64,000 bases of DNA from Bdellovibrionales bacterium (GTDB lineage: Bacteria; Bdellovibrionota; Bdellovibrionia; Bdellovibrionales; UBA1609): NCBI GenBank assembly GCA_027317865.1, contig DAHVQG010000003.1:64001-128000 (forward strand), written 5' to 3'. Under the pieces are notes generated by a model that worked only from the letters and a program-made list of their open reading frames with translations, made no database searches and was not told the DNA's origin. Positions 19,470 through 29,154 of this stretch are shown here, piece by piece (positions within the stretch are counted from its first letter, which is position 1; each line of letters begins with the position of its first letter). The position numbers and the translations under genes are program-made.

Positions 19470-22250
19470 CTACTTATGCTTTGCGGGCATCGATGATTGA
19501 GCAGACGGCAATCCCAACATTCCGCCCGGTCCGGAACTAATCAAAGCCATCGTGACAAGGTTGCTCTCCGTTTCGAATTTATTTATTTCTTGTTGGGTTG
19601 CAGGCGGGAGCTTAGCGCCAGAAGATTTGCTGGTGAAGTGATCCGTCATCTCTCGGTAAGCTTGGATAAGCTGCAATCGATGGTTGTACATCCACATCGG
19701 ATTTTCGCTTCGATCTGCCGCCAAAAGTTGGGTTGCAAGTAAGCGGAACTTTAACGGTACCGTAAATTTCGGCAATAAAAGCATAGTCGTTGTGGATTTT
19801 TTGCCGGTCAATTTTTGTAATCCGAGGGGCAGTTTAACCGTTGGCCCCGCAAGTTTTTCGACACCACCGCTTAAAAGAAATTGCGCTTCGACTTTGAACA
19901 AATATCTTCCAAAATCGTTAGCGAGCGGGTTATCGGCTAACCTTAAAGGTTGCGGCTGTTGGCCGGGGCCCGACCTGGTGACCATGCCGTTGCCGGCGAG
20001 CAGTTCCAAGTTGTGTTTATTGTATTCTTCAGCAAATTTTTGAAAGAAGAGCCGCGCATTGGTGTTGATCGTATTAATTTCGTGCGGGCCAAATGCACTC
20101 GACCCGTTCGGGATAAGCCCTTTTTCGTAACGGCTGTACAATAAATGATCGAGGCGAGCCATTTCTGTGTTCACAAAATTGGGGGGCAAAAATCCGAAGA
20201 TCTTACTAAATCCGCCGTTTTGTTTAATTTGGTCGTCGATGCGATGCCATTCTTGCCACCGTACCATGCTGGCGTTTGATTCGTCGACGGCCGTGAATTG
20301 GCGCTCAACCGACACGAGTCGAACTTCTTTTGTGAATTGCTTCATCAGCTCAAGACGCGGTGCCAGCATTCGTTCGGCATCTTCTGTCGGATGCAGCACA
20401 ACTTTGCTGACGGGAATGGCGAGTTCGTTTTGAAACGGTGTTTTGGCGGCTAAGTACACCTCAAGTAAAATATCGGGTAACGTTTTGAGATTATGCTCGC
20501 CCTCATACGCGACGTAACCGACTTCGGAATTACCCGAATCGAATCGCTGACAATCATAATATTTTGGATCTCCCGAGTCGGTACAATAAAGCGGCCATTT
20601 TGCGGGGCTTTTGCCGCCGTATAAAAAGCGGATGGTATCGCGGTCGTAAGCCATTGCCTTACCGCGCGCGATTTGGTCACCAAGCATAAAGTCGTCAAGC
20701 ATTGGCATGTAATCCATCACCGAACTGCTGACGACGACACCTTTGGGAGTGTGCCCTGTTTTAAAATAAGATTGAAGTAAGCTTGCGCGCTCAGCCATCG
20801 TATAATTCGCTGCGAGCGTTCCGGCGAAATTGTGGCGGAGCCCTAAAGTGTGACCGACTTCATGGGCGACCACCACACGAAGTAAATCCGAAGCCGCTCT
20901 TTGAATGACGGAGTTTGTGGCTCCGTTGTTTATAAACCAGTCAATCGTGCTTTGAATTCCGTAAGACCCGTCATAATCGCATAGCGGCGGTTTGAAGAAT
21001 CCTCGAATTCCGATTCGAAGCGACGAAGTTTGTTTCGTCGTGTTGCTAGTCGAAACTCCCCCATGAAGTTGCCGGACCAAATCTTGAAGTGAGTTAAACA
21101 CAAATGAGCTCGAAATATAAACTTGCGCGTGCAGAATTTCACCCGTGCGCGGGTCCGCCTGCACATCGGCATACGACATTGGAGCCGTGTTATACGGCAC
21201 CCATTGAATCATATTGTAATCGGGGTTTGGTGCACTCACGCCTTTAGGGGTCATCACGACTTTAACGATCGGCATGCCTAACATGTGGTTCCAGTACAGA
21301 GCGCCGCTTTTGACCGCTTGAACATATTGCGCGGGGGTATTGGCCGAGATCGCATAGGTGATCGGAAAATTGCTTGGATTCCATCGCTCGGCGTATTGTA
21401 CGGAATCTCCGTCAAAGGTCATTTGCGGTGCGGTTTGAAAATAACCGTAGTGAGTAAAATTGTCGAATTCTTGAAATGGTAGATAATTTGGATCCGGTCG
21501 ATACGGCGACAAATAATAGCGAACTTCAAACGGCATTGATGCCCCGGGTTGCCCGGATAACGGATTGCTCAGGTAAGCCTGCGCCACTTGGCGAATGACC
21601 AGGCGATGAATGGATTGCGTGTCTTCGATGCGTGCGCTGTCGATATAACTGTCTTCAAGCGGCAGACTTTGAAACTCGTTCACCGGATTGTATTGTGAAC
21701 CGCCAAAGTCCGAACCGGACATGTCGGTGAAGAAAAACAATTTTGACATCCCCGAATTAAAATCAAAAACAATTCTTGTTTTGTTGGTAGAAAGAATCGG
21801 AAAGCGCGCCAGAAGCAAGTGTTGTGGCAGATCGGTGGTCACCGAATTGCCGTTATTTGATTCGAGCATATACAAATTATTATTGCGCTTTATGAATGTA
21901 ACGATCCGGCTACGAATTGAATTGCTCCACGCGACGGGGACGACCTGCGTGAATTCCCCTTGAAGGAGAAATTCTTTATTTAGCGCAACCCGCGCAATCG
22001 AAATGTGATAATGGGAGTCAATACCTAGTTCGGCGCTTTGGCTCGGCGAAACCACGTGAAATGATTGACCGATATTTTTCGGAGCCAACTTTGACTGGCT
22101 CTTTTGGCCGCAACCGGAAAGTAACCCGAGAGCCAAAATTGAGACTAATGAACAGGTAAACTTGCGCAAAACAAAGCGACGAGTTTTTTTGCGCTGTAGT
22201 TTTAAAAATTGTGTTCCAAAAAAACTTCGCGAACGAAGGACCTTACCCAT
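19470..22250 (-). CDS. Zinc-dependent metalloprotease lipoprotein (DUF5117/DUF4953, EcxA-like)
   Basis: Lipobox LLSGC, DPRTGEILHAQV, HEVGHTLGLRHNF, SSVMDY; true start may be downstream of 22250. Confidence 0.85.
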   Translation of the reverse strand: MGKVLRSRSFFGTQFLKLQRKKTRRFVLRKFTCSLVSILALGLLSGCGQKSQSKLAPKNIGQSFHVVSPSQSAELGIDSHYHISIARVALNKEFLLQGEFTQVVPVAWSNSIRSRIVTFIKRNNNLYMLESNNGNSVTTDLPQHLLLARFPILSTNKTRIVFDFNSGMSKLFFFTDMSGSDFGGSQYNPVNEFQSLPLEDSYIDSARIEDTQSIHRLVIRQVAQAYLSNPLSGQPGASMPFEVRYYLSPYRPDPNYLPFQEFDNFTHYGYFQTAPQMTFDGDSVQYAERWNPSNFPITYAISANTPAQYVQAVKSGALYWNHMLGMPIVKVVMTPKGVSAPNPDYNMIQWVPYNTAPMSYADVQADPRTGEILHAQVYISSSFVFNSLQDLVRQLHGGVSTSNTTKQTSSLRIGIRGFFKPPLCDYDGSYGIQSTIDWFINNGATNSVIQRAASDLLRVVVAHEVGHTLGLRHNFAGTLAANYTMAERASLLQSYFKTGHTPKGVVVSSSVMDYMPMLDDFMLGDQIARGKAMAYDRDTIRFLYGGKSPAKWPLYCTDSGDPKYYDCQRFDSGNSEVGYVAYEGEHNLKTLPDILLEVYLAAKTPFQNELAIPVSKVVLHPTEDAERMLAPRLELMKQFTKEVRLVSVERQFTAVDESNASMVRWQEWHRIDDQIKQNGGFSKIFGFLPPNFVNTEMARLDHLLYSRYEKGLIPNGSSAFGPHEINTINTNARLFFQKFAEEYNKHNLELLAGNGMVTRSGPGQQPQPLRLADNPLANDFGRYLFKVEAQFLLSGGVEKLAGPTVKLPLGLQKLTGKKSTTTMLLLPKFTVPLKFRLLATQLLAADRSENPMWMYNHRLQLIQAYREMTDHFTSKSSGAKLPPATQQEINKFETESNLVTMALISSGPGGMLGLPSAQSSMPAKHK

Positions 22251-22379
22251 TTGATTTCCCCCTTAGATATTTCGGCTCAAACCCACCCGCTGAACTGCTT
22301 TACTGTAAAGCACTTTGTCGGTGGCTTTACTAGAGGTCGTGTAAATTATTTAGTGTATTGGATGAAGATTGCGGTTTTT

Positions 22380-23312
22380 CTAATACTTCGGTGGCTGATC
22401 GAGCGGCCGGCATTGAACAGGCACAGAACCTAAAAGGTTCTCGTCGCTCGGTTTTACAACGCTTGAAACCATGCACGAGCGAATGATAATCCGGGTGTTC
22501 TTGCCGCTCAAGCTTTCTGACGAAACCAAATACGAATACAAAACTGTGCCTCGGGTGAGTGAAAAGAGGAGCGACCCATTCATTGAACTCACAAATTTCG
22601 GCAGTTTGTTTGCGCTACCGTCATTTTCGGATCGCGTGGGTTCAAGTTGAACCGTGCCTGTCAAATCGATTTCAGCGCAGCGGCCGGTTGTTCCGCATTT
22701 GCGGATAGCCCGCAACGTTGAAAGGGTTTTCATTTTAAGCGGAAGTCCCGATTTCAAACTCACCCACTCCGAAGTCATTGGCCACGAATCTCCGACTTTA
22801 ACCGGTTTATTGGGGAGTGAAACTGGCGGCACAAAAAACAACGTGCCCGGCGGATAATTGCCCGCTCGCAAAACCTTACCTTGATTGGTGAGCATAAGTT
22901 CAAGCGTTTCACCTAAATCGGGCATGGCAAAATCAGAAAGGTCGACCAAACCTGTTTTTTTGATTGTTGTTAAGTCATAAGTTGCGGTTTGATTTTGGTT
23001 GTCGACTGCAACTGTTTTCGTTTTAACCGTAAAATTAGCGATATCAGTGAGAGTTTTTACAAGTTCATTATCGGAATACGCGTGGGTCGTCGATCGGGAA
23101 TAATAATTGGTGATGTCGATATGGTTGAGAACCGGTTTGAAAACAATTTGAACGGGTCCGCTTGCTTTTAACCGTTTCGCCGTCGGCCCTTTCGCGACCG
23201 CGCCACTCGCCGTAAGTCCGGCCGTGTCGAGTGAACCGTTGGACATCAAATTCGCACAGCCCGAGAGAAATGATAATGAAAGGAAGAGCTCAAGACAAAG
23301 AAGGTATCGCAT
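22380..23312 (-). CDS. Beta-rich hypothetical lipoprotein
   Basis: GGAGG RBS, lipobox FLSGC, LPNKPVKVGDSW motif. Confidence 0.7.
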   Translation of the reverse strand: MRYLLCLELFLSLSFLSGCANLMSNGSLDTAGLTASGAVAKGPTAKRLKASGPVQIVFKPVLNHIDITNYYSRSTTHAYSDNELVKTLTDIANFTVKTKTVAVDNQNQTATYDLTTIKKTGLVDLSDFAMPDLGETLELMLTNQGKVLRAGNYPPGTLFFVPPVSLPNKPVKVGDSWPMTSEWVSLKSGLPLKMKTLSTLRAIRKCGTTGRCAEIDLTGTVQLEPTRSENDGSANKLPKFVSSMNGSLLFSLTRGTVLYSYLVSSESLSGKNTRIIIRSCMVSSVVKPSDENLLGSVPVQCRPLDQPPKY

Positions 23313-23427
23313 TGTTAATGCCTCCGCACTGTTGAGAATATCGTGATCAGATACAAGAAGCAAAGCTGGACTTACGAAGTCGCGACCGCGTCGTTACAAT
23401 TAAAGAAATATCATGTGAGGGCTTCTC

Positions 23428-24390
23428 ATGCGGTGGGCATTTTTATCGTTGGCTTTCATTTCGCTATTTTTTTCATCACTTTTTTTAAGTGGCTGCGGTG
23501 CGAGCAGCTCGAATGCCGACTCAAGTCGGGGAACGGTGTCGTCGGCGTCATCTTACATCAGCCCGACGGCGGCACTGGCGGAATGCAATAATATTTCAGG
23601 TTCAGAAATGGTGTTATCCGGGCAGGTGAGCACTTATTATCAAGCTGGCCAGCTTGTGCCGAGCGATCTGTTATTGAACTTGGCCTCTGTGCCGCCCACA
23701 GTTGAATCATCAAACACCGCATACCTTCAATTTGTGCCATATTACGAGCCGACGCCCGGAAACATTTCATACGGTTCCGCGCTTTCAATGGTGTTTATGG
23801 ATAAACTTACGGGGGCGACATCGAATCAGTATTCTGAAATTTCGCTTGCCAACATTCAATCGGCGCTGAAAGATTTGGCGCTCACGTCGACTATTACGCC
23901 GTCTCAGTTTTTTTCTCGCGTTTACGTTTTGCTGGTGGGAGTGGCCCAGCAATATGTCGCGGCTTCGGCTGAACTTTTCGATTCGAGTAAAGGTTCCGGC
24001 GCGCTCTCTTCATTAAATTTTTTATTGCCAATATTTTACGCTAATCCCTCTGTGTATCAGGTTTACGAGCCGTCGCCAGACCTTGATCAACTGCATCCCT
24101 TTTGGTCGTATTTAAGCAGTGGTTACAGTGACTCCGAATTCGCTTCGATGGACGAACAAATCTGCCAAGCCATGTCGGGCGGCGGTCGCATCCCCGCTTC
24201 TGTGGGGGCAATGGATCAAGTCGACATGGTTTCGATGGCGAAAAACTTGAAAGGGTTTTTACATACGCCGCTGGGCGCGCGACTCGTACATGTGAATTTT
24301 TTCGCGAGGATTTGGACGCAATTCCTGGTCAGCTACTTGCAGCCGACATGGCGGCAAATCATCCATTCAATTCTTGATTTGAATCTTTAG
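23428..24390 (+). CDS. Hypothetical lipoprotein
   Basis: Lipobox FLSGC followed by a Ser-rich tether. Confidence 0.75.
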   Translation: MRWAFLSLAFISLFFSSLFLSGCGASSSNADSSRGTVSSASSYISPTAALAECNNISGSEMVLSGQVSTYYQAGQLVPSDLLLNLASVPPTVESSNTAYLQFVPYYEPTPGNISYGSALSMVFMDKLTGATSNQYSEISLANIQSALKDLALTSTITPSQFFSRVYVLLVGVAQQYVAASAELFDSSKGSGALSSLNFLLPIFYANPSVYQVYEPSPDLDQLHPFWSYLSSGYSDSEFASMDEQICQAMSGGGRIPASVGAMDQVDMVSMAKNLKGFLHTPLGARLVHVNFFARIWTQFLVSYLQPTWRQIIHSILDLNL

Positions 24391-24419
24391 GTGATAGTCG
24401 CTTAACGATTTAAATTAGC

Positions 24420-24824
24420 TTAGCTCGGTTCGATGCCAAGGCGCTTTGCCACGTGAATCGAAACGAAGATGAGCCCTGCGGCGATGGTCATATATCCAAT
24501 ATTCATGCCCGCGGCGCCCCAGTAACGTTCGCACGCCGTGTGCGGAAAAAAGTAGTCAGGTGCCAGCACAAATACGGTCACTGTCGTTGTAATAGCCATT
24601 ACAAGCAGGCCAATCGCACAGGCAAAATTCCATCGCGCCGACATACCGAGACCCAGCAGCAAAAGAAAATCGGGAAGTGCTACCGCTGGCCCTTCGACGG
24701 CGTGCTTAGTAATAACTCCGACAATAATGCCGATGATTCCGATTGCGATGAACGCCCAACTCAACTGTTTTACAAGTGAAGGTTGCGTTTGCCACTTATC
24801 TTGGTTCGATTGACTTGTTTTCAT
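24420..24824 (-). CDS. Small four-TM membrane protein
   Basis: Four hydrophobic segments; fills the gap between neighbouring genes. Confidence 0.55.
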   Translation of the reverse strand: MKTSQSNQDKWQTQPSLVKQLSWAFIAIGIIGIIVGVITKHAVEGPAVALPDFLLLLGLGMSARWNFACAIGLLVMAITTTVTVFVLAPDYFFPHTACERYWGAAGMNIGYMTIAAGLIFVSIHVAKRLGIEPS

Positions 24825-24949
24825 GTTTTTCAATTTAAATGGACTCGTGCGGGTTTGTCTAGAGCTGATCGAAAAAATCAAACGGGGCGCTGACGCTTCG
24901 GGTTGTCATATTGTCACGCAAAGCTTACACTTCAACCGCGAGGAGGCAA

Positions 24950-26881
24950 ATGGCGCGCGAGATCCCTGGGTATTTGAAGCATTACATGGCTCGGCAAAAT
25001 TACAAAGCCTATACCGCCATCGATCATGCGAGTTGGCGTTATATCATGCGTGTGTCGCGGGCTTTTTTTAAAGATCACGCTCATCAGAAATACCTTACGG
25101 GACTTAAAGAAACCGGAATCACAATTGAGCGGATTCCGCGCATGACCGAAATGGATAAAAAGCTGAAACGTTTCGGTTGGCGCGTGGCCACTGTTACGGG
25201 GTTTATACCGCCATCCGTTTTTTTGGAGTTTTTAAGCCTCAATATTCTGCCCATCGCGTGCGACATGCGACGTCTCGAACATTTGGAATACACTCCCGCG
25301 CCTGACATTGTGCACGAAGCGGCAGGGCATGCGCCGATTATTTCGGCGCCCAACTATGCCGCCTATTTAAACCGCTTTGGTGAAATCGCGCGTAAGGCTA
25401 TTTTTGCCAAAGAAGATCTCGATGTTTACGAAGCCATCAAAGAATTGTCTGAAATAAAAGAAAGTGCCGCGGCGACGGCCGACGAAATAGCGGCGGCTGA
25501 GCGAAAACTTCAAGAAATGTACAAAACTGTGACCTATACGAGCGAAGCGACGAAACTTGCGCGTTTGGGTTGGTGGTCAATTGAATACGGACTGATAGGC
25601 GCGCGCGGCCAATTTAAAATTTACGGCGCCGGTCTATTATCTTCAGTCGGCGAGAGTTACGATTGCTTCTCAGATCGGGTCAAAAAGATTCCGCTCACCA
25701 TGGACTGCGTCAGCGTGAATTACGACATAACAAAACCGCAGCCGCAGCTGTTTTACGTCGAAAACTTTAAACAACTCGAAGGCGTGATTGATGAGTTGTC
25801 ATTGGAGCTGGCTTACAAGTTGGGCGGTATCGAGGGGCTCGCGCGGGCGAAGCGGTCGGGGCTAGTCAATACGGTTGAATTGGATTCCGGGCTGCAGATA
25901 AGCGGAAAATTAACAGGTGTTTTTTGTGGCGGTAGAACCGGCGCGGATTCGCGGGGGCAAACGAGCGACGTAAAAGAAATAGGTGAGCCGTGGCGCGCGG
26001 GAGTTGACATTGCGTTTTCAGAATTTTGTGACGCCTCAGCCGACGAACTCAATGCGCAAATCGAGAAAAGGTACGGGTGCCCGATATATTTGCAGTTCAC
26101 GGGGCCCGTACAGCTCAGCTATGCGGATAAACAGTTGCTGGGACATTCGGCGAAATATCACGCACAAGGATACGGTACGCCTCTCGGGAGAATTCGGGGC
26201 TTGAATAAAACAGCTGCCGAACTAACTAAAAAAGATTTAACGAAGTGCGGGTTTAAGGGTCGGTCGCGCGGTCGGTTGGAATACGAATCGGGTATTGTTG
26301 TCGAGGGAGTTTTGAAACGCGTTTTGCGGAAAAGCGGGGGCGGAGCGAACCGACATGTTCGCAATCTCGTCCTTACGTTTTCAGAATGCCGCGTCTACAG
26401 GGCGCAAACACAATCCGCATGTGAGCAGGTATTTTTCGCTCCAGAATGGGGGCTGTTCGATCTTGCTTGCGGTGGGGCCGTAACCGGAGTGTTTGGCGGA
26501 GCGGCGGATCGTCGCTCTTATTTGCGTGACACGCGTCGTGAGCGGCCGAAAATTCGCGCGCAAAATATAAATTTGACCGATGATAACCGGCCGCTTGTTC
26601 CGCTTTACGAGCGCGTTCGTAAACTGCGCGAATCGCTTGTTCGTCAAACGCACGCGCGTACTTTAGCTGAGGCGGAGCAAATTGCTGTCAAATTACAGCA
26701 TCATTTTTCGAACGACTGGTTGCTGCGGCTCGAACTCATCGAAATTTTGCAGCAGCTCAATGATCTTGAACAGGCGCGAAATCTGAGTTTACGTTTAAAA
26801 AATGAATTGCTCGGCCTAGGCGCAAAAAATGCGAATATTGCCACGCTCGTTCGGCGCGGTTTGAAACTCATAGAGAATTAG
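24950..26881 (+). CDS. phhA: Long-form aromatic amino acid (phenylalanine) hydroxylase
   Basis: YTPAPDIVHEAAGHAP, WWSIEYGL, YGAGLLSSVGE; GAGGAGG RBS before ATG 24950. Confidence 0.9.
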   Translation: MAREIPGYLKHYMARQNYKAYTAIDHASWRYIMRVSRAFFKDHAHQKYLTGLKETGITIERIPRMTEMDKKLKRFGWRVATVTGFIPPSVFLEFLSLNILPIACDMRRLEHLEYTPAPDIVHEAAGHAPIISAPNYAAYLNRFGEIARKAIFAKEDLDVYEAIKELSEIKESAAATADEIAAAERKLQEMYKTVTYTSEATKLARLGWWSIEYGLIGARGQFKIYGAGLLSSVGESYDCFSDRVKKIPLTMDCVSVNYDITKPQPQLFYVENFKQLEGVIDELSLELAYKLGGIEGLARAKRSGLVNTVELDSGLQISGKLTGVFCGGRTGADSRGQTSDVKEIGEPWRAGVDIAFSEFCDASADELNAQIEKRYGCPIYLQFTGPVQLSYADKQLLGHSAKYHAQGYGTPLGRIRGLNKTAAELTKKDLTKCGFKGRSRGRLEYESGIVVEGVLKRVLRKSGGGANRHVRNLVLTFSECRVYRAQTQSACEQVFFAPEWGLFDLACGGAVTGVFGGAADRRSYLRDTRRERPKIRAQNINLTDDNRPLVPLYERVRKLRESLVRQTHARTLAEAEQIAVKLQHHFSNDWLLRLELIEILQQLNDLEQARNLSLRLKNELLGLGAKNANIATLVRRGLKLIEN

Positions 26882-27996
26882 TTTGTCGTATACAGCCCGA
26901 CATCGGTCGCCGCGTATTGAGCGGCCGCCATCATTTCATTTAGGCGCGTGGCAGATGAAGTCGCGTCAAGGCTAACGGCCCCAGGTTCACCTTTTATGTA
27001 GAGGCTCTGCGCGGACGATTGAATATTAGCCGTGAGCGTTTGCTTTGGAACGGTGGCGGTCAAAGTAAACGGGATTGCGCCAACCGGTACTCCGTTTGAA
27101 AAGGGGATAAAATTTGTTTGCGGGTTTTGAATTTCAATGCTCCCGCTGGCAAGGGGTTGGCTTTGTGACGGACCTGTAGCTAAATATTGAACCGAAAATT
27201 TTGTCAGTTCAATTTTTTGTTGAGTTGAGTTGCGACGATCGAGTTCGCCTTGAATCGTAACGGTTGCGGTAAGAATTTTTTGATTATTCCGTTGGCCTTT
27301 TACGTTCGACGTGTCGTAAGTGAATTGCATAACCGTGTTTGCGCTGAATTGATAGATCCCGTTTTGGTTGGTCAACGTGATTGATTCACCGGGTGATGTG
27401 TTCCCGTTCGATGCCGTCGTTTCATTGGGGATCGTCAAAGTTTGGGAAATTCTTTGATGGTTAGTTGTACTTTGTTGATTGAGCGCGAGTACCGGATAGG
27501 CGCCATATTGAAACAGTGACGGATCTTTCGACGAGTCGTAATTCAATGAAGCGATCTTGCCGCTTTGATCGGTGGTGAACGAAAACTGCGAAGTCCATTT
27601 ATTGATTGCTCCGCTGCTGCCACAATTACTGCTGTCAACGCGGTAAGTGACCGACCCGTTTTTGGCCGAAGACACGGGCGTCACTTTCTCACAGCTTGGG
27701 AGTATATTTTGTTCGATGGTTTGTTTTTGATTGCCCGACGTTACCGGAAATTTTGTAGTCCCCGTTTCAGCAATGTCTAAATAAATATCGAGATTTTTAA
27801 GAGCGATTACGCCGAGGGCATAAGCTCCGAGCACAGCCATGTTTTGGCGATTGGTCGGCGTTAAAATCTGGACGTTGTGGTTTCCGGCAAATCTCATGTC
27901 GAGTTTCGGCGGGAGCGATTGACTGCAAGCCGTTAAAAACATGAGCACAGCCACAAAACTAAAATGAACAGTACTTTTGCAATAATTCGATTTCAT
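26878..27996 (-). CDS. Beta-rich hypothetical lipoprotein
   Basis: AGGAG RBS, lipobox LTAC, Thr/Ser/Asn-rich beta strands. Confidence 0.7.
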   Translation of the reverse strand: MKSNYCKSTVHFSFVAVLMFLTACSQSLPPKLDMRFAGNHNVQILTPTNRQNMAVLGAYALGVIALKNLDIYLDIAETGTTKFPVTSGNQKQTIEQNILPSCEKVTPVSSAKNGSVTYRVDSSNCGSSGAINKWTSQFSFTTDQSGKIASLNYDSSKDPSLFQYGAYPVLALNQQSTTNHQRISQTLTIPNETTASNGNTSPGESITLTNQNGIYQFSANTVMQFTYDTSNVKGQRNNQKILTATVTIQGELDRRNSTQQKIELTKFSVQYLATGPSQSQPLASGSIEIQNPQTNFIPFSNGVPVGAIPFTLTATVPKQTLTANIQSSAQSLYIKGEPGAVSLDATSSATRLNEMMAAAQYAATDVGLYTTN

Positions 27997-28067
27997 GTCA
28001 AAATGACTCCTGCCGAGACAATGATGCACAATTGGCGTGTACTACAATCCGGTACGGCTTTTTAGCC

Positions 28068-28083
28068 TACAAACTGTGTGCCA
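28068..28083 (-). promoter_or_regulatory. Sigma54-type promoter (near consensus)
   Basis: TGGCACACAGTTTGTA: perfect -24 box, GT instead of GC at -12. Confidence 0.45.
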
Positions 28084-28174
28084 CAGTACAAAGTTTATGT
28101 GTCCAATTTGCCCGACTTAAAATGGAGGTTAACGGGTGTGGTTGTCAAATTTTTGGACATCGCGTGCCATTATC

Positions 28175-28190
28175 TGACATAACCATGACA
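28175..28190 (+). promoter_or_regulatory. HemR-type direct-repeat operator
   Basis: TGACA-TAACCA-TGACA, 58 nt upstream of hemA. Confidence 0.7.
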
Positions 28191-28248
28191 ATTAACGGCG
28201 TTTATTAGGGCATAAAATGAGAAAAATGGGTTTCAAGGAAAACAAATA

Positions 28249-29154
28249 ATGAATGGTTCAACAGATGTCGTCATCGTGCATCGACGGCGGGATTCGCAGC
28301 CGGCTGCGTTTTCGTTTCACAATCCGCAATGGTTCATTTGGGAGACGTGTGTGCGCCGGCTCGCATTTGGCAGCGAAAGTTTCGGGGTTGAAAAAGCCGA
28401 AGACGGCGATGAAGTTTACACAGGTCAAAACGCCTTTCGATTTTTGCTTGAAATCGTTTGTGGGTTACATTCGCCAGTACGCGGTGAAACCGAAGTCCAC
28501 GGCCAATTTCGCCAGTTCTTGAAGTCCATACCGCAAGATTCTTGGTTGAAACCTTTTTTAGACAAAACACATTTGCAAGCACGACGTGTTCGCGATGAAT
28601 TTTTACGTGATCTCGGCAGCCAATCTTACGGCAGTCTAGCGCGACGAAAATTTCGCGAGTGTGACGGTGTGGATATAGTTGGTGGCGGACAGTTGGTCCG
28701 AGATGTACTCCCTTGGCTTTTGAAAATGGGCCATCCCGTACGAATCTGGGTGCGATCACCGGAAAAGATGGCATGGACAGCCGAACGTTATTCGCCGGTT
28801 TTACTCGAGAAGCTCACAATTTGCGCCCTGGCCGACTTTGAACGTAAAAATGGAGGCGAGAGCGGTTTAGCTGATGAGCGGCGAGGTTTGATGATTGCGG
28901 CACCTATTGAAGCAAAAGACCTCAAACCGTGGGCCGAAAAGGCTCAATGTATCTTAGATTTTCGTGCCGATTCAGCGACAGATCGAATTGCCGATTTGAT
29001 ATCAAAAGCGGCGGTGAATCGCGCACATATTCTCACTTTGAACGATATTTTTTCTGAAATTGAAGCCACTCGCGGTCGTGTCGACCAGCAAACGCAGCGC
29101 GCGCTCGAACACATCGGCGCCTTGGCACTCGATCATAACAAAAGATATAAATGA
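28249..29154 (+). CDS. hemA: Glutamyl-tRNA reductase, short divergent form
   Basis: ETCVR (catalytic Cys), CGLHSPVRGETEVHGQ, IVGGGQL Rossmann motif; heads the hem operon. Confidence 0.8.
   Translation: MNGSTDVVIVHRRRDSQPAAFSFHNPQWFIWETCVRRLAFGSESFGVEKAEDGDEVYTGQNAFRFLLEIVCGLHSPVRGETEVHGQFRQFLKSIPQDSWLKPFLDKTHLQARRVRDEFLRDLGSQSYGSLARRKFRECDGVDIVGGGQLVRDVLPWLLKMGHPVRIWVRSPEKMAWTAERYSPVLLEKLTICALADFERKNGGESGLADERRGLMIAAPIEAKDLKPWAEKAQCILDFRADSATDRIADLISKAAVNRAHILTLNDIFSEIEATRGRVDQQTQRALEHIGALALDHNKRYK

Noticed and set aside
24904-24916. TGTCA-TAT-TGTCA upstream of phhA as a second HemR box
   Set aside because: Spacer is 3 nt, not 6.
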